Of a stretch of 64,000 nucleotides of DNA, positions 34,538 to 44,062 are shown in pieces. A program made the position numbers and the translations under genes. Location: IMG/VR virus record IMGVR_UViG_3300027503_000009; one strand, written 5' to 3'. A model generated the notes under the pieces. It ran no database searches, was not told where the DNA came from, and saw only the letters and a program-made list of their open reading frames with translations. How positions within the stretch are numbered: position 1 is the stretch's first letter; the number at the start of each line of letters is the position of its first letter. The DNA comes from a virus.

Positions 34538-35606
34538 AGAACAGTTTGGTATTGATACAAACGTTCATAAAAAATATAATAATTTAATTCAATTCACATA
34601 CAATCAAATTGATTCTTATAAGGTAAAAGCACATCCTATTGTTAGGGAATCCCGTGGTATTATTTTAGATTCTGCTGACAATTGGAAAGTTGTTGCACGT
34701 CCATTTGATAGATTTTTTAATTATGGCGAAAATGTAGATGAAGATAAATTTGATTGGACTTCATTTGTAGCACAAGAAAAAGTTGATGGTTCTTTGATGA
34801 TTGTTTATCATTATCGAAATGAATGGCATGTTGCAACAAAAGGAATGGCTTCAGCACATGGTCCTGTTGGTAATATGGATTTTTCTTTTGCAGAATTATT
34901 TTGGAAAACTTTTAATAATCAGATGTATTTTATTTCTGACTTGAATCCTAGAAGTACATATTTGTTTGAGTTGACTTCTAAGTATAACAGAGTTGTTACA
35001 TCTCAAAGTAACAATGATGGAAAATTAACTTTAATTGGTGTTCGTGATAATGAAAATGGACGTGAAATTCTATCCGTTATATATCGTGAGTATTTTGATG
35101 TTGTTCGTTCTTTTTCAATGTCTACAATTGAAGAAATTCTTTCTTCTGCTAAGGAGTTAGATCCTTCTAAACAGGAAGGTTTCGTCTTAGTTGATAAAAA
35201 TTTCAATCGTGTTAAAGTTAAATCTGAAAAATATGTTTTAATTCATCATTTGAAAGATTCACTGAATGATGATAAAATTATTGATTTGATTAAATCTGGC
35301 GAAGATTCTGAAGTAATGGCTTATTTTCCAGATTTAAAGAAAAAATTTGACAAATTTAAATCATATTATTATGAATTACAAGGACATTTAGAAATTTTTT
35401 GGGAATTTTTTCCACTTGATATTAAAACAGTATCAAGAAAAGAATTTGCTTTACATGTAACTCATTCATATATTCATGAGATTCAAGGGTTCTTTTTTGC
35501 TATGTTAGATGGTAAAGTAAAAAATTCTAAAGAATGGTTATTAAATTTAAACAATAAAACTATATTAAGTATATTTAAATCGTGGAACAACACAAAAGAA
35601 CAATAG
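34482..35606 (+). CDS. RNA ligase, T4 Rnl1-like
   Basis: ESRGIILD, RPFDRFFNYGE, QEKVDGS, FELTS..NRVV, EGFV, RVKVK. Confidence 0.9.
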   Translation: MLNLQKFLIENNGNLVLLKEQFGIDTNVHKKYNNLIQFTYNQIDSYKVKAHPIVRESRGIILDSADNWKVVARPFDRFFNYGENVDEDKFDWTSFVAQEKVDGSLMIVYHYRNEWHVATKGMASAHGPVGNMDFSFAELFWKTFNNQMYFISDLNPRSTYLFELTSKYNRVVTSQSNNDGKLTLIGVRDNENGREILSVIYREYFDVVRSFSMSTIEEILSSAKELDPSKQEGFVLVDKNFNRVKVKSEKYVLIHHLKDSLNDDKIIDLIKSGEDSEVMAYFPDLKKKFDKFKSYYYELQGHLEIFWEFFPLDIKTVSRKEFALHVTHSYIHEIQGFFFAMLDGKVKNSKEWLLNLNNKTILSIFKSWNNTKEQ

Positions 35607-35764
35607 CAAGATCAGCAAGTTGGAGAATAACAGCAACAATAGTCACGGCTATGTGGACGGGAATAGAATCAGCTATTCTTATGAACATAGCCATGACTTT
35701 TGTTCATTATATTCATGAAAGAATTTGGTTAAAAGTTGATTGGGGTAAACTTGACAAATCCTAA
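35582..35764 (+). CDS. DUF2061-like small membrane protein
   Basis: HKRTI.R..SWR..AT...Y.HER.W.K..WG. Confidence 0.8.
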   Translation: MEQHKRTIARSASWRITATIVTAMWTGIESAILMNIAMTFVHYIHERIWLKVDWGKLDKS

Positions 35765-35819
35765 ACAATAGGTTATACTATAATTGTGAGTGGAAACTAC
35801 ATAATGCAAATGGTGAGAA

Positions 35820-36233
35820 ATGACAACAACTGAAATTTTAATGAAAATTTATCCAGCATTAAATGAAGATGGACATTGGTTGTATGATTATCAACCTATG
35901 ATTGATTCTTTTGGAGAAGTCCTTAACCAAGTGGAACTTGGGTCCTATCAAGGAGACACGACTGCTCTCTTACAAAAGGATAATCTCTATGGTCTACTTG
36001 AATTTGGATGGGGGTCTTGTTCTGGATGTGATGCTCTTCAAGGATGTAATAACATTAATGAATTAGTTGAATTATACGAAAGTCTTCGTAATTCAATTAG
36101 ATGGATTTCTAGAGAAGAAATGTTGAAGTTCTTCAAGGAACATGATTGGGAAGGTGGACATTCCTGGTATGAACAAGAAGGAACTGAATTATCGGATTTC
36201 GTAAAAGAGTGTATTGTATATCTGGAGACATAA
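35820..36233 (+). CDS. hypothetical protein (Cys motif)
   Basis: YQGD...FGWGSCSGCDALQ. Confidence 0.75.
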   Translation: MTTTEILMKIYPALNEDGHWLYDYQPMIDSFGEVLNQVELGSYQGDTTALLQKDNLYGLLEFGWGSCSGCDALQGCNNINELVELYESLRNSIRWISREEMLKFFKEHDWEGGHSWYEQEGTELSDFVKECIVYLET

Positions 36234-36364
36234 TGGAAAATCTATTACAAATCTCTTGGCCGCAAGCTGTAGTTCTTTGTGTTGCTGCTTTGTCTGCTGC
36301 TGCAACAGCTATTACTTTTATCGGTCTTGTTATTACTGAACGATATCCTTGGGATAGGGATTAA
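36233..36364 (+). CDS. 43-aa membrane peptide
   Basis: MENLLQISWPQAVVLCVAAL...; coupled to neighbours. Confidence 0.55.
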   Translation: MENLLQISWPQAVVLCVAALSAAATAITFIGLVITERYPWDRD

Positions 36365-36365
36365 T

Positions 36366-36761
36366 ATGGCAAAACCTTGGATTCATGCAGTTTCTTCTGC
36401 TAGAAAGTTTGGTGGTGTTCCAGAAGATTATTTGGATATCCATCAATTAATGGATTCTTCAAAGGGTGCGATGTCTGATAATCGTCATCGTGCTTTGACT
36501 CATAACTCTTGGTTTCTTTCAAATATCTTAGAAAAGGTGTTTGGTGTGAATATCAAGAATTCTGATGGACGTGATGTATCAGTTAGGGATGTTGGTGAAC
36601 AACATATTCTTGAAGATTTTGGTAATCGCTATATCCCTAATGCTTCTGATTATTTGGAAGAAATGGAATATAAGTCTTGGATGAATGCTGGTAAAGACAC
36701 TATCCCTTCTTCTCACAAGAAAATTGCAAAAACTTTTAATACAAAAATGAGGATTGATTAA
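36366..36761 (+). CDS. DUF6915-like conserved protein
   Basis: H..SSA.KFGG..EDY..IH..MDSSK...D.RHRAL.H, EQHI.ED. Confidence 0.8.
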   Translation: MAKPWIHAVSSARKFGGVPEDYLDIHQLMDSSKGAMSDNRHRALTHNSWFLSNILEKVFGVNIKNSDGRDVSVRDVGEQHILEDFGNRYIPNASDYLEEMEYKSWMNAGKDTIPSSHKKIAKTFNTKMRID

Positions 36762-36762
36762 T

Positions 36763-37227
36763 ATGGATAAGAATGTTTTTCTAGATAAGATTCGTGAGTT
36801 CAAGCGTGTTATGGAAGAACACAAGATTATGATGAAGGAGAATGCAAAGAACGTCTTTACTGAAATCTCAAAAGATATCTTTACAAATAACCCTCAACTT
36901 AACTCGTTTTCTTGGAACCAATATACACCTTATTTCAATGATGGTGAAACTTGTTATTTTTCAGTGAATCGAGATTATTACAAGATTAATAACTCTGATG
37001 ATACGATAGATTCTTGGACTTTAAACCACGAGGTATACAGACAAGATCTAGATTTAGAAGAACTGGGTTTTGATTCACTTGAATCACTTAAGAAAGCATA
37101 TAACGACATTGACGAACTAATGAATATCTTTGATGATTCGGATCTAGAAGAGATGTTTGGTGATCATGCTGAAGTTACAGTATCACGAAATGATGGTGTA
37201 ACAGTAGATGGATATGATCATGATTAA
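36763..37227 (+). CDS. conserved hypothetical phage protein
   Basis: W.QYTPYFNDGE.C.F, FGDH..V, Y.HD. Confidence 0.8.
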   Translation: MDKNVFLDKIREFKRVMEEHKIMMKENAKNVFTEISKDIFTNNPQLNSFSWNQYTPYFNDGETCYFSVNRDYYKINNSDDTIDSWTLNHEVYRQDLDLEELGFDSLESLKKAYNDIDELMNIFDDSDLEEMFGDHAEVTVSRNDGVTVDGYDHD

Positions 37228-37238
37228 TGATTAAACCA

Positions 37239-37246
37239 TATAAATA
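37239..37246 (+). promoter_or_regulatory. T4-type late promoter driving tmRNA
   Basis: TATAAATA immediately upstream of the acceptor piece. Confidence 0.7.
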
Positions 37247-37251
37247 TTAAA

Positions 37252-37590
37252 TGATAGGTGTTGATCTGGATTGAATGCATTTCGGACCTGGGTTCGACTC
37301 CCAGCGTCTCCACCAAAAGCACATTGTGAGGAGCTAGTTGCATGGCAAATTCGAACAAAGTGCAACCCAAGATATAATAGTGTACATAAAAATCTTGAGC
37401 AGTGTGCTTTTGGGGGGGACGAAATGGTTTCGACGGGATGAGCTAGAGAAGGGGAATCTATCCAGTAGCCGACTACTGTAAAATCGGGAACTATAAACGC
37501 AAATACTAACGTATTAGCAATGTCTGCTGCTGCCTAAACAGTTTCAGACGGGGTTGGCAACTTTCCTTGCAACAGAAAAGTTGCAATTTA
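37252..37590 (+). ncRNA. ssrA: tmRNA, circularly permuted (two-piece)
   Basis: T-arm + CGTCTCC-ACCA (ends 37315) precedes the GGGGACG...TTCGAC 5' end (37415); G3-U70 pair; PK1 cagtag/ctactg + ccga/tcgg; tag ANTNVLAMSAAA* (37499-37537); outer ends approximate. Confidence 0.92.
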
Positions 37591-37698
37591 ACTTGACAAT
37601 AAATTTAAATTATGTTACAATTGTATTGTATAGTTAGATAAAAATTTAAGGAGAATCTAATCGGCGCAGATTCTGCGCCTTTTTTATTTTAAAAAACA

Positions 37699-38133
37699 AT
37701 GCTAGTAAGAATTATAGTAACAGCAATGTTATGTGTGTTCCCAATGGCAGCGCAAAAAATTGACAAAGAAACTATGTGTTTAGCTAAAAATATCTTTTTT
37801 GAAGCTGGTAATCAAGCTCTTGAAGGAAAAATGGCGGTTGCCTGGGTCACCTATAATAGAAAACTTCATCCCAAATACCCAAAAACATATTGTGCTGTAG
37901 TATATCAAAAAAATCAGTTTTCATGGACAAGAAATAAAAAACTAAAATTAGTTAATGATTGGAGATGGCACGATAGTGTTTTCGTTGCTAGACACTTCAA
38001 AATGACAAAAGATCCAACAAAAGGATCAATATATTTCCATGAAATTTCAATCAAACCACCTTGGACGAAAAAAGTGAAGAAAATTGTGAGAATTCAAAAT
38101 CATGTGTTTTATGCCTCTTCTAAATATCAATAG
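37699..38133 (+). CDS. cell wall hydrolase (SleB/Hydrolase_2) with signal peptide
   Basis: CLA.NI.FEA, G..AVA.V..NR, P.T.C.VV.Q..QFSW, DPT.G..YFH, H.FY. Confidence 0.92.
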   Translation: MLVRIIVTAMLCVFPMAAQKIDKETMCLAKNIFFEAGNQALEGKMAVAWVTYNRKLHPKYPKTYCAVVYQKNQFSWTRNKKLKLVNDWRWHDSVFVARHFKMTKDPTKGSIYFHEISIKPPWTKKVKKIVRIQNHVFYASSKYQ

Positions 38134-38138
38134 GGATT

Positions 38139-39155
38139 ATGAAACTATTAGATCAGAACATCAAGGGTGATTTCACCCAGGAATTAAGAACTAAGTTGTA
38201 TAATAAGATTATTGGTCAAACGGAGCCAATAGAAATTATTTGTGAATATTACCAATTATATAAAACTAAATTAATTCCAACTAATCGCCCGATTGCCAAT
38301 CTTTTAATGATTGGTCCTACAGGCACTGGTAAAACAAGAGTAGTTGAAGCTTTTGCAGAAAGTGTTTTTGGTTCTGATAAAGCGTTTATTAAGATAGATT
38401 GTGGGGAATTTCAACATAGTCATGAAATTTCTAAACTTGTTGGTTCTCCACCTGGATATCTTGGACATAGAGAAACACATCCAATTTTTTCTGAAGAAAA
38501 GATAAAGCAACATCAAACAGAACAAAATAAATTTACAATTGTTTTGTTTGATGAAATTGAAAAATCTTCTGATGCACTATGGAATTTATTGCTTGGTATT
38601 CTTGATAAAGGTACATTAACATTAGGTGATAATAAACAGGTAGATATGTCTTCTTGTTTTATTATTATGACAAGTAATATTGGTGCTCAGAAATTAGCAC
38701 AATTGAAGAAAAAAAGAGATCTAGGATTTACACAAACTGATAAATTAAATTCTGTCTCTGACATGAGAAATTTTTCTATTTCTGAAGTAAAGAAAAAGTT
38801 TACACCAGAATTCATTAATCGTCTCGATAGAATGATTTATTTTAGAGAATTAAATCATGATGATTATATTAAAATTCTTAATATTGAATTAGCATTATTA
38901 CAAGATCTAATAATGTATAAAACTAAGCAAAATATCTTTATTGAGTTTACAGATAAGTCAAAAGAGTATATCTTGGCAAAAGGTATTAGTAAAGAATATG
39001 GTGCAAGAGATTTAAAGAGAATTATAGATAGAAGTGTAAAGATTAGTTTAAGTAATCTAATAGCTAGTAAACAAATTGAACAATATGATATTGTAAAAGT
39101 AGATTATGATGATGATTTTAAATTTTATAAGATTGAACCAGAGGATTTATTATAA
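38139..39155 (+). CDS. Clp/Hsp100 AAA+ ATPase, single (D2-type) domain
   Basis: IIGQ, GPTGTGKT, GSPPGYLG pore loop, LFDEIEK, MTSN.G, LGF loop, PEFINRLD, YGAR.L.R. Confidence 0.9.
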   Translation: MKLLDQNIKGDFTQELRTKLYNKIIGQTEPIEIICEYYQLYKTKLIPTNRPIANLLMIGPTGTGKTRVVEAFAESVFGSDKAFIKIDCGEFQHSHEISKLVGSPPGYLGHRETHPIFSEEKIKQHQTEQNKFTIVLFDEIEKSSDALWNLLLGILDKGTLTLGDNKQVDMSSCFIIMTSNIGAQKLAQLKKKRDLGFTQTDKLNSVSDMRNFSISEVKKKFTPEFINRLDRMIYFRELNHDDYIKILNIELALLQDLIMYKTKQNIFIEFTDKSKEYILAKGISKEYGARDLKRIIDRSVKISLSNLIASKQIEQYDIVKVDYDDDFKFYKIEPEDLL

Positions 39156-39412
39156 TGCCTTTTTATGATTTTAAATGTAGTTCAACAGAAGAAGTTTTTG
39201 AAAAAAGAGTTAATTATGATGATTTAGAAGCTTATGTACAATCAGACTGTCCAATTTGTGGACAGAAAGATATTGAAAGGGTAGCACATTCTATCAGAAT
39301 TGCAGATCCAGTTAGAATTGGTGTCAGAAAGGTTCCACAAGCCTTCAAAGAAGGTGTTTTAGATAGAATTAAACATAGTGTACCCAAAAATACGCTAAAA
39401 AATAAATATTAG
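39155..39412 (+). CDS. FmdB-type zinc ribbon protein
   Basis: MP.YDFKC...CPICG. Confidence 0.8.
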   Translation: MPFYDFKCSSTEEVFEKRVNYDDLEAYVQSDCPICGQKDIERVAHSIRIADPVRIGVRKVPQAFKEGVLDRIKHSVPKNTLKNKY

Positions 39413-39502
39413 TGATGAGTATTTTCTCTAACATCATTAATCCTTCCAAAAGCACAGTGTAAAACTGTGCTTTTTATTTTTAGCCCTAACATTAGGAGAT
39501 CT

Positions 39503-40237
39503 ATGTCACAGAATAAGAAAAGAAGAAATAACGCAGAACCTGTTGAAAAATCTACATCATTACAAGGTTTAAGAATTCAAAACATCACTCCAAAAACACA
39601 AGCTCAACAAGATGTATTTGATGCGTTTAATGAAGGTTATCATCTGTTTTTACATGGTGTAGCAGGTACAGGTAAAACCTTTATTTCTTTATATCTAGCC
39701 TTAAAAACAATTCTTACTTCAAAAGAATATAAAAAGATTGTTATTATTCGTTCAGCAGTTCCATCCAGAGATATTGGATTCTTACCTGGAACAGCAAAAG
39801 AAAAAATGATGATGTATGAAATGCCTTATCAAGTTATTTGCAATACCTTATTCCAACGTGGTGATGCTTATGATATTCTAAAAGGAAAAGGTACAATTGA
39901 ATTTGTTTCTACCTCATTTTTAAGAGGCATCACCTTAAATGATGCAATTGTTATTGCAGATGAAGCCCAAAATTATACATTTGCTGAAGCTGATACACTA
40001 ATCAGCAGAGTTGGTCCAAATTGTAAGATTATTTTCTGTGGTGATATTGACCAAACAGATTTAATTAAGAGTAGAAATGATTTAACTGGACTTCCAAAAT
40101 TCATGAACATCATTGACAATATGGAAATTTTTGACTTCATTGAATTCCAAACTGATGATATTGTTAGAAGCTCTTTAGTTAAAGACTATATAATACAGAA
40201 GAAGAAATTAGGATACGGTTCAGCTTTTGAAGGATAA
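39503..40237 (+). CDS. phoH: PhoH family ATPase
   Basis: GVAGTGKT, RSAVPSRDIGFLPG, FLRG.T, DEAQN, GD..QTDL, DIVRS. Confidence 0.95.
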   Translation: MSQNKKRRNNAEPVEKSTSLQGLRIQNITPKTQAQQDVFDAFNEGYHLFLHGVAGTGKTFISLYLALKTILTSKEYKKIVIIRSAVPSRDIGFLPGTAKEKMMMYEMPYQVICNTLFQRGDAYDILKGKGTIEFVSTSFLRGITLNDAIVIADEAQNYTFAEADTLISRVGPNCKIIFCGDIDQTDLIKSRNDLTGLPKFMNIIDNMEIFDFIEFQTDDIVRSSLVKDYIIQKKKLGYGSAFEG

Positions 40238-40266
40238 AATGGGGGGAGAAATCCCCCCTTAAAATT

Positions 40267-40923
40267 ATGAAAACACAAAAAACATTTACCCATAAATTTA
40301 TATCATTACCACAAATTGAAGAAACAACAATAAACGAAAAAAGACATTATAAAACACCAGAAGGTAAATTTTACCCATCTGTCACAACAGTATTGTCTTC
40401 AGTTGAAAAAAGTGGAATTGAAGAATGGAAAAAACGTGTAGGTGAAGAGGAAGCAGCTAGAGTTTTAAAAAGAGCTAATGAACGTGGTACCTTGATTCAT
40501 GGTATGGCTGAACAATACCTCTTAAATCGCCCTATAAGCCCCAACATGACGTTTTTACAGCTTAAACCATATCTGGATATGGTAAACAACGTTTATGGCC
40601 TAGAAGTGCCATTATATAGCGATTATTTGCAGATTGCTGGACGTACAGACTGTATTGCAGATTATAGTGGAAAACCTTCTATTATCGACTTCAAGACTAG
40701 TAGAAGAATAAAGGAAAAAGATGATATTATGAATTATTTCCTTCAGGCATCATGCTACAGCTATATGTTTGAAGAAAGAACAGGAATTAAGATTCCTCAG
40801 ATTGTTATTTTAATTGCAGATGATTATGGTGGAACAATACCATACATAGAAAAAAGGAGCAACTATCGTGAGAAGTTGCTCCAGGTTATTCTTAATTTTA
40901 GACAATCTGTGAAAAGTTCTTAA
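40267..40923 (+). CDS. PD-(D/E)xK exonuclease
   Basis: YPSVTTVL, RGT..H...E, AGR.DC, IIDFKTS, Q...Y. Confidence 0.88.
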   Translation: MKTQKTFTHKFISLPQIEETTINEKRHYKTPEGKFYPSVTTVLSSVEKSGIEEWKKRVGEEEAARVLKRANERGTLIHGMAEQYLLNRPISPNMTFLQLKPYLDMVNNVYGLEVPLYSDYLQIAGRTDCIADYSGKPSIIDFKTSRRIKEKDDIMNYFLQASCYSYMFEERTGIKIPQIVILIADDYGGTIPYIEKRSNYREKLLQVILNFRQSVKSS

Positions 40924-42604
40924 CTTTTTGGAATCTAATTGAATTATTAAACTTATCTACAACTTGATCTTTATGTGATATGATGTAGATAGTCATTCCT
41001 TTTATACTCTTATTCAAGATTTTAAGGAAGTTTTCTGTTCCTTCAACATCAAGTGAACCATCAAGAATTTCATCAAATATCAATAAATTGGTATTGGTGG
41101 AATTCTTTTTCTTTGCTATTTCTCTAAAAGCAAACAGAATTGCAAGATCAATCTTATTCTTTTCACCTTCAGAGAATGATTCATAACTAAAATCATCTCT
41201 ACCTCTTGATTTCATTTTTTCTTTGAAGTTCTCATCAAACTCAAACGAAATAAAGAAATCAAGCATATCCAAATATTGGTTAATTAGCTTGTTAATAACT
41301 GGAATATAATTGTTGATAATTTTAGTTTTAATCCCGCTATCTTTCAGCATCTCACCAATCACATGGTAATAACTTTCATCTTCCCTTAACTTAATCAGTG
41401 TTTTTAAACAATCTTCAAGTTCAGTTTTAGTTTCTTCCAATTCTTCTTTTTTGAATGGTTGCTCTTTTTCTATTTTGATACTGTCCAAGTCAACTGTAAG
41501 TTTTGAGTTATATTCATTTAATGCTAAAATATAACTAGATTGTTCTCTTATGTCATCATTTAATTGTGTTAATACTTCTGCATATTCAGTTAATTCTTTT
41601 ATCTTTAGTTCAATTTTATTGAATTCAGAAGTAGCTTCTTTGAATCCATCATACATTTCCTTCAACTTTTGATTTTTAGTTTCTTGTATTTCTTTTTTGA
41701 AATCTTCATCAATAACTTGAGAACAAGTTGGACAAGATGTATTCTTATCAAAGAATGATATATCGGACTTGATTTTTAGAATATTCTGTTCTAACTTAGC
41801 AATAATAGTTTGAAAATCTCTTGACTTTTTATCTAAAGACTTTAATGGATTCAATTTCTTTTTGTATTCTGTTATCTTTTCTTTTAATTTCAGAATATTT
41901 TCTTCATGTTCTGAAATTTTACTATTATTTTTATCTAAAGTATTTTTTAATTCTTGTAACTTCTTCTCACTGTTTTCTTCAAGTTCATTTATATGCTTTT
42001 GAACAATTCTAACTCTTTCTTTTAAGATTTCAGATTGTGTTAGATAAACATTTGTTTCGGAAACTAACTCAGACATCCTAGATTTTAAAGCAACATTCAT
42101 TGAAGAAAATATTTGAATATCAAGTAAGTCTTCAATAATAAATCTTCTATCAGCAGCAGATAATTGCATAAAAGGAACATAGTTTCCAGAACCAAGAATA
42201 ACTACTTGAATAAAAGATTTATAATTAACATTTAAAATTTGTTCTTCTAAGAAAGATTGATAATCTTTTGAATCAGCAGACTGTTCAATTAATCTATTTT
42301 TATCATAAATTTCAAAGATGTTTGGTTTTAAACCACGAACAACTTTATATTTGTTGTTGTTAACCACAAATTCAATTTCAACAACACAATCTTTCTGGTT
42401 GATGGAATTTACTAATTGTGGTTTGTTAATCTTTCTAAATGGCTTACCAAATAAACCAAAGGTAATAGCATCTAGGAGAGTTGATTTACCTGAACCATTA
42501 ACACCAACAATCAACCATGTTTTCTTTGTGTTTAAATCAATTTCAGTAAAATTATTACCTGTAGATAAGAAGTTCTTCCATCTTACTGTTTCAAATTTTA
42601 TCAT
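40898..42604 (-). CDS. gp46: recombination endonuclease ATPase subunit (Rad50/SbcC-like)
   Basis: KNFLSTGN, G.NGSGKST, CPTC hook, FSEGE, LIFDE, SH. Confidence 0.97.
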   Translation of the reverse strand: MIKFETVRWKNFLSTGNNFTEIDLNTKKTWLIVGVNGSGKSTLLDAITFGLFGKPFRKINKPQLVNSINQKDCVVEIEFVVNNNKYKVVRGLKPNIFEIYDKNRLIEQSADSKDYQSFLEEQILNVNYKSFIQVVILGSGNYVPFMQLSAADRRFIIEDLLDIQIFSSMNVALKSRMSELVSETNVYLTQSEILKERVRIVQKHINELEENSEKKLQELKNTLDKNNSKISEHEENILKLKEKITEYKKKLNPLKSLDKKSRDFQTIIAKLEQNILKIKSDISFFDKNTSCPTCSQVIDEDFKKEIQETKNQKLKEMYDGFKEATSEFNKIELKIKELTEYAEVLTQLNDDIREQSSYILALNEYNSKLTVDLDSIKIEKEQPFKKEELEETKTELEDCLKTLIKLREDESYYHVIGEMLKDSGIKTKIINNYIPVINKLINQYLDMLDFFISFEFDENFKEKMKSRGRDDFSYESFSEGEKNKIDLAILFAFREIAKKKNSTNTNLLIFDEILDGSLDVEGTENFLKILNKSIKGMTIYIISHKDQVVDKFNNSIRFQKVKNFSQIV

Positions 42605-43662
42605 TCTTTTTCCTCAACTGTAGCATCAAGATATATTTCTTTTAGTAAATTTTTTAGTCTGTTTTTATCCATATCCAAAACTAAATCATCTACATAAGCA
42701 TTTAAAATGGTTAAAGTGTCTTCTGACATCTTAACTTCAACTGTATTATTTTCTAGTTCTATTTTCTTTTCTTCAACAACAGTAACATCTAATGGAGTAA
42801 CTGCATAAATTGAATCTAAGAATGTACTAAACTTCTTTGGATTAATTGCTTCACCGACAATAACCTTAACATAAGAAGAAGCAAACTTATTAAAGTATTC
42901 CTTACTGTATGTATTACCTTCAACATAAACTGCTCTATAGAACATTCTATGAGGATTTACAATATATTTTAATTCATTAGTTTGAACATCCAGTACATGA
43001 AAACCTTTTTCTTCACCACAATCAGCAAAAGTCATCTCATATGGAGTTCCAAGATATGATATATTTCCATGAGAATTTTTTGTGTGAAAGTGTCCAGTGT
43101 AAACCATTTCAAATTTTTTATAAACATCTTTATCTTCTCCATGTTCACAAATTGCACCTTTGTGCATTTCATAACCAGAAATTTCAAGATGTCCAAAAGC
43201 AATTTTACATTTGGTTTTATTTATAACTTCATATGATTGTTGACCATTATCAGAAGTTAACCAAGGAATAAAAAGAAAATCTTTTCCTTTAATGTTAACT
43301 TCTGAAGCAACACCATCATAAATGTGAATGTTATCATATTCTTTTAATAATCCACTAACAGAATTGACTGTATTGGTATTTTTATAATAAACATCATGAT
43401 TACCAACACAAACAAACATCTCAATTCCATACTCTCTTAACTTATCAAAAAAGTGTTCTTTAAAGAAATTTAGTGTATGGAAATTGATATATTTACGCCT
43501 ATCCCAAACATCCCCCATATGAATAAGTACATCAATATTGTTTTCTAGTAAATAAGGAAAGAAAATGTCCTCAAAGAACATTTTCATATTTTTCATGAAA
43601 TATATGTTGTCATTACGGACACCAAAGTGAGTGTCCGTAATGATTGCTATTTTTTTATTCAT
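42601..43662 (-). CDS. gp47: recombination endonuclease nuclease subunit (Mre11/SbcD-like)
   Basis: TDTHFG, GD.WD.RK, GNHD, GHLE, GHFH. Confidence 0.97.
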   Translation of the reverse strand: MNKKIAIITDTHFGVRNDNIYFMKNMKMFFEDIFFPYLLENNIDVLIHMGDVWDRRKYINFHTLNFFKEHFFDKLREYGIEMFVCVGNHDVYYKNTNTVNSVSGLLKEYDNIHIYDGVASEVNIKGKDFLFIPWLTSDNGQQSYEVINKTKCKIAFGHLEISGYEMHKGAICEHGEDKDVYKKFEMVYTGHFHTKNSHGNISYLGTPYEMTFADCGEEKGFHVLDVQTNELKYIVNPHRMFYRAVYVEGNTYSKEYFNKFASSYVKVIVGEAINPKKFSTFLDSIYAVTPLDVTVVEEKKIELENNTVEVKMSEDTLTILNAYVDDLVLDMDKNRLKNLLKEIYLDATVEEKE

Positions 43663-44032
43663 TATAAAGTTCCCAATCTTTGTAAATAATTATTTTCCCT
43701 TTCCCCAACATTCTAAAATAATGTGCTGTTAAATTATATTTTTCAGCCATGTATATTGCATCAGCATTTAGTTCTATTATATTAGAAACTATGTTTATAA
43801 AATTATATTTTGGTGAATTTTTACGTCTATTTGTATTTGCTATCCTAGCACCCTTACCATAATCTGGATGATTTGGATTATTAACACTATTTGGATTATT
43901 TGGATCTGCTGCTTTTTTTCTACCAACTAAAAATTTTGAATGGTTTGGATCATTTATTGTCATAATATTATTTCTAGACACCTCCTTCATTTTATTAATA
44001 TATGAAAAATCACTTTTTCTTTTATTCTCCAT
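43655..44032 (-). CDS. homing-endonuclease-derived DNA-binding fragment (no catalytic domain evident)
   Basis: NPNHPDYGK and C-terminal AEKYNL...YK.W helix-turn-helix-like end. Confidence 0.45.
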   Translation of the reverse strand: MENKRKSDFSYINKMKEVSRNNIMTINDPNHSKFLVGRKKAADPNNPNSVNNPNHPDYGKGARIANTNRRKNSPKYNFINIVSNIIELNADAIYMAEKYNLTAHYFRMLGKGKIIIYKDWELYNE

Positions 44033-44062
44033 AGTAATTAAAGCTTTATTTTCGTCGCTCAG

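Noticed and set aside
37283-37315. Isolated tRNA 3' half / attP-like fragment
   Set aside because: Explained as the acceptor piece of the permuted tmRNA; no integrase in the window
40267-40923. Exonuclease as a CRISPR-associated Cas4
   Set aside because: No four-Cys Fe-S pattern and no array; ordinary T4-like PD-(D/E)xK exonuclease next to phoH
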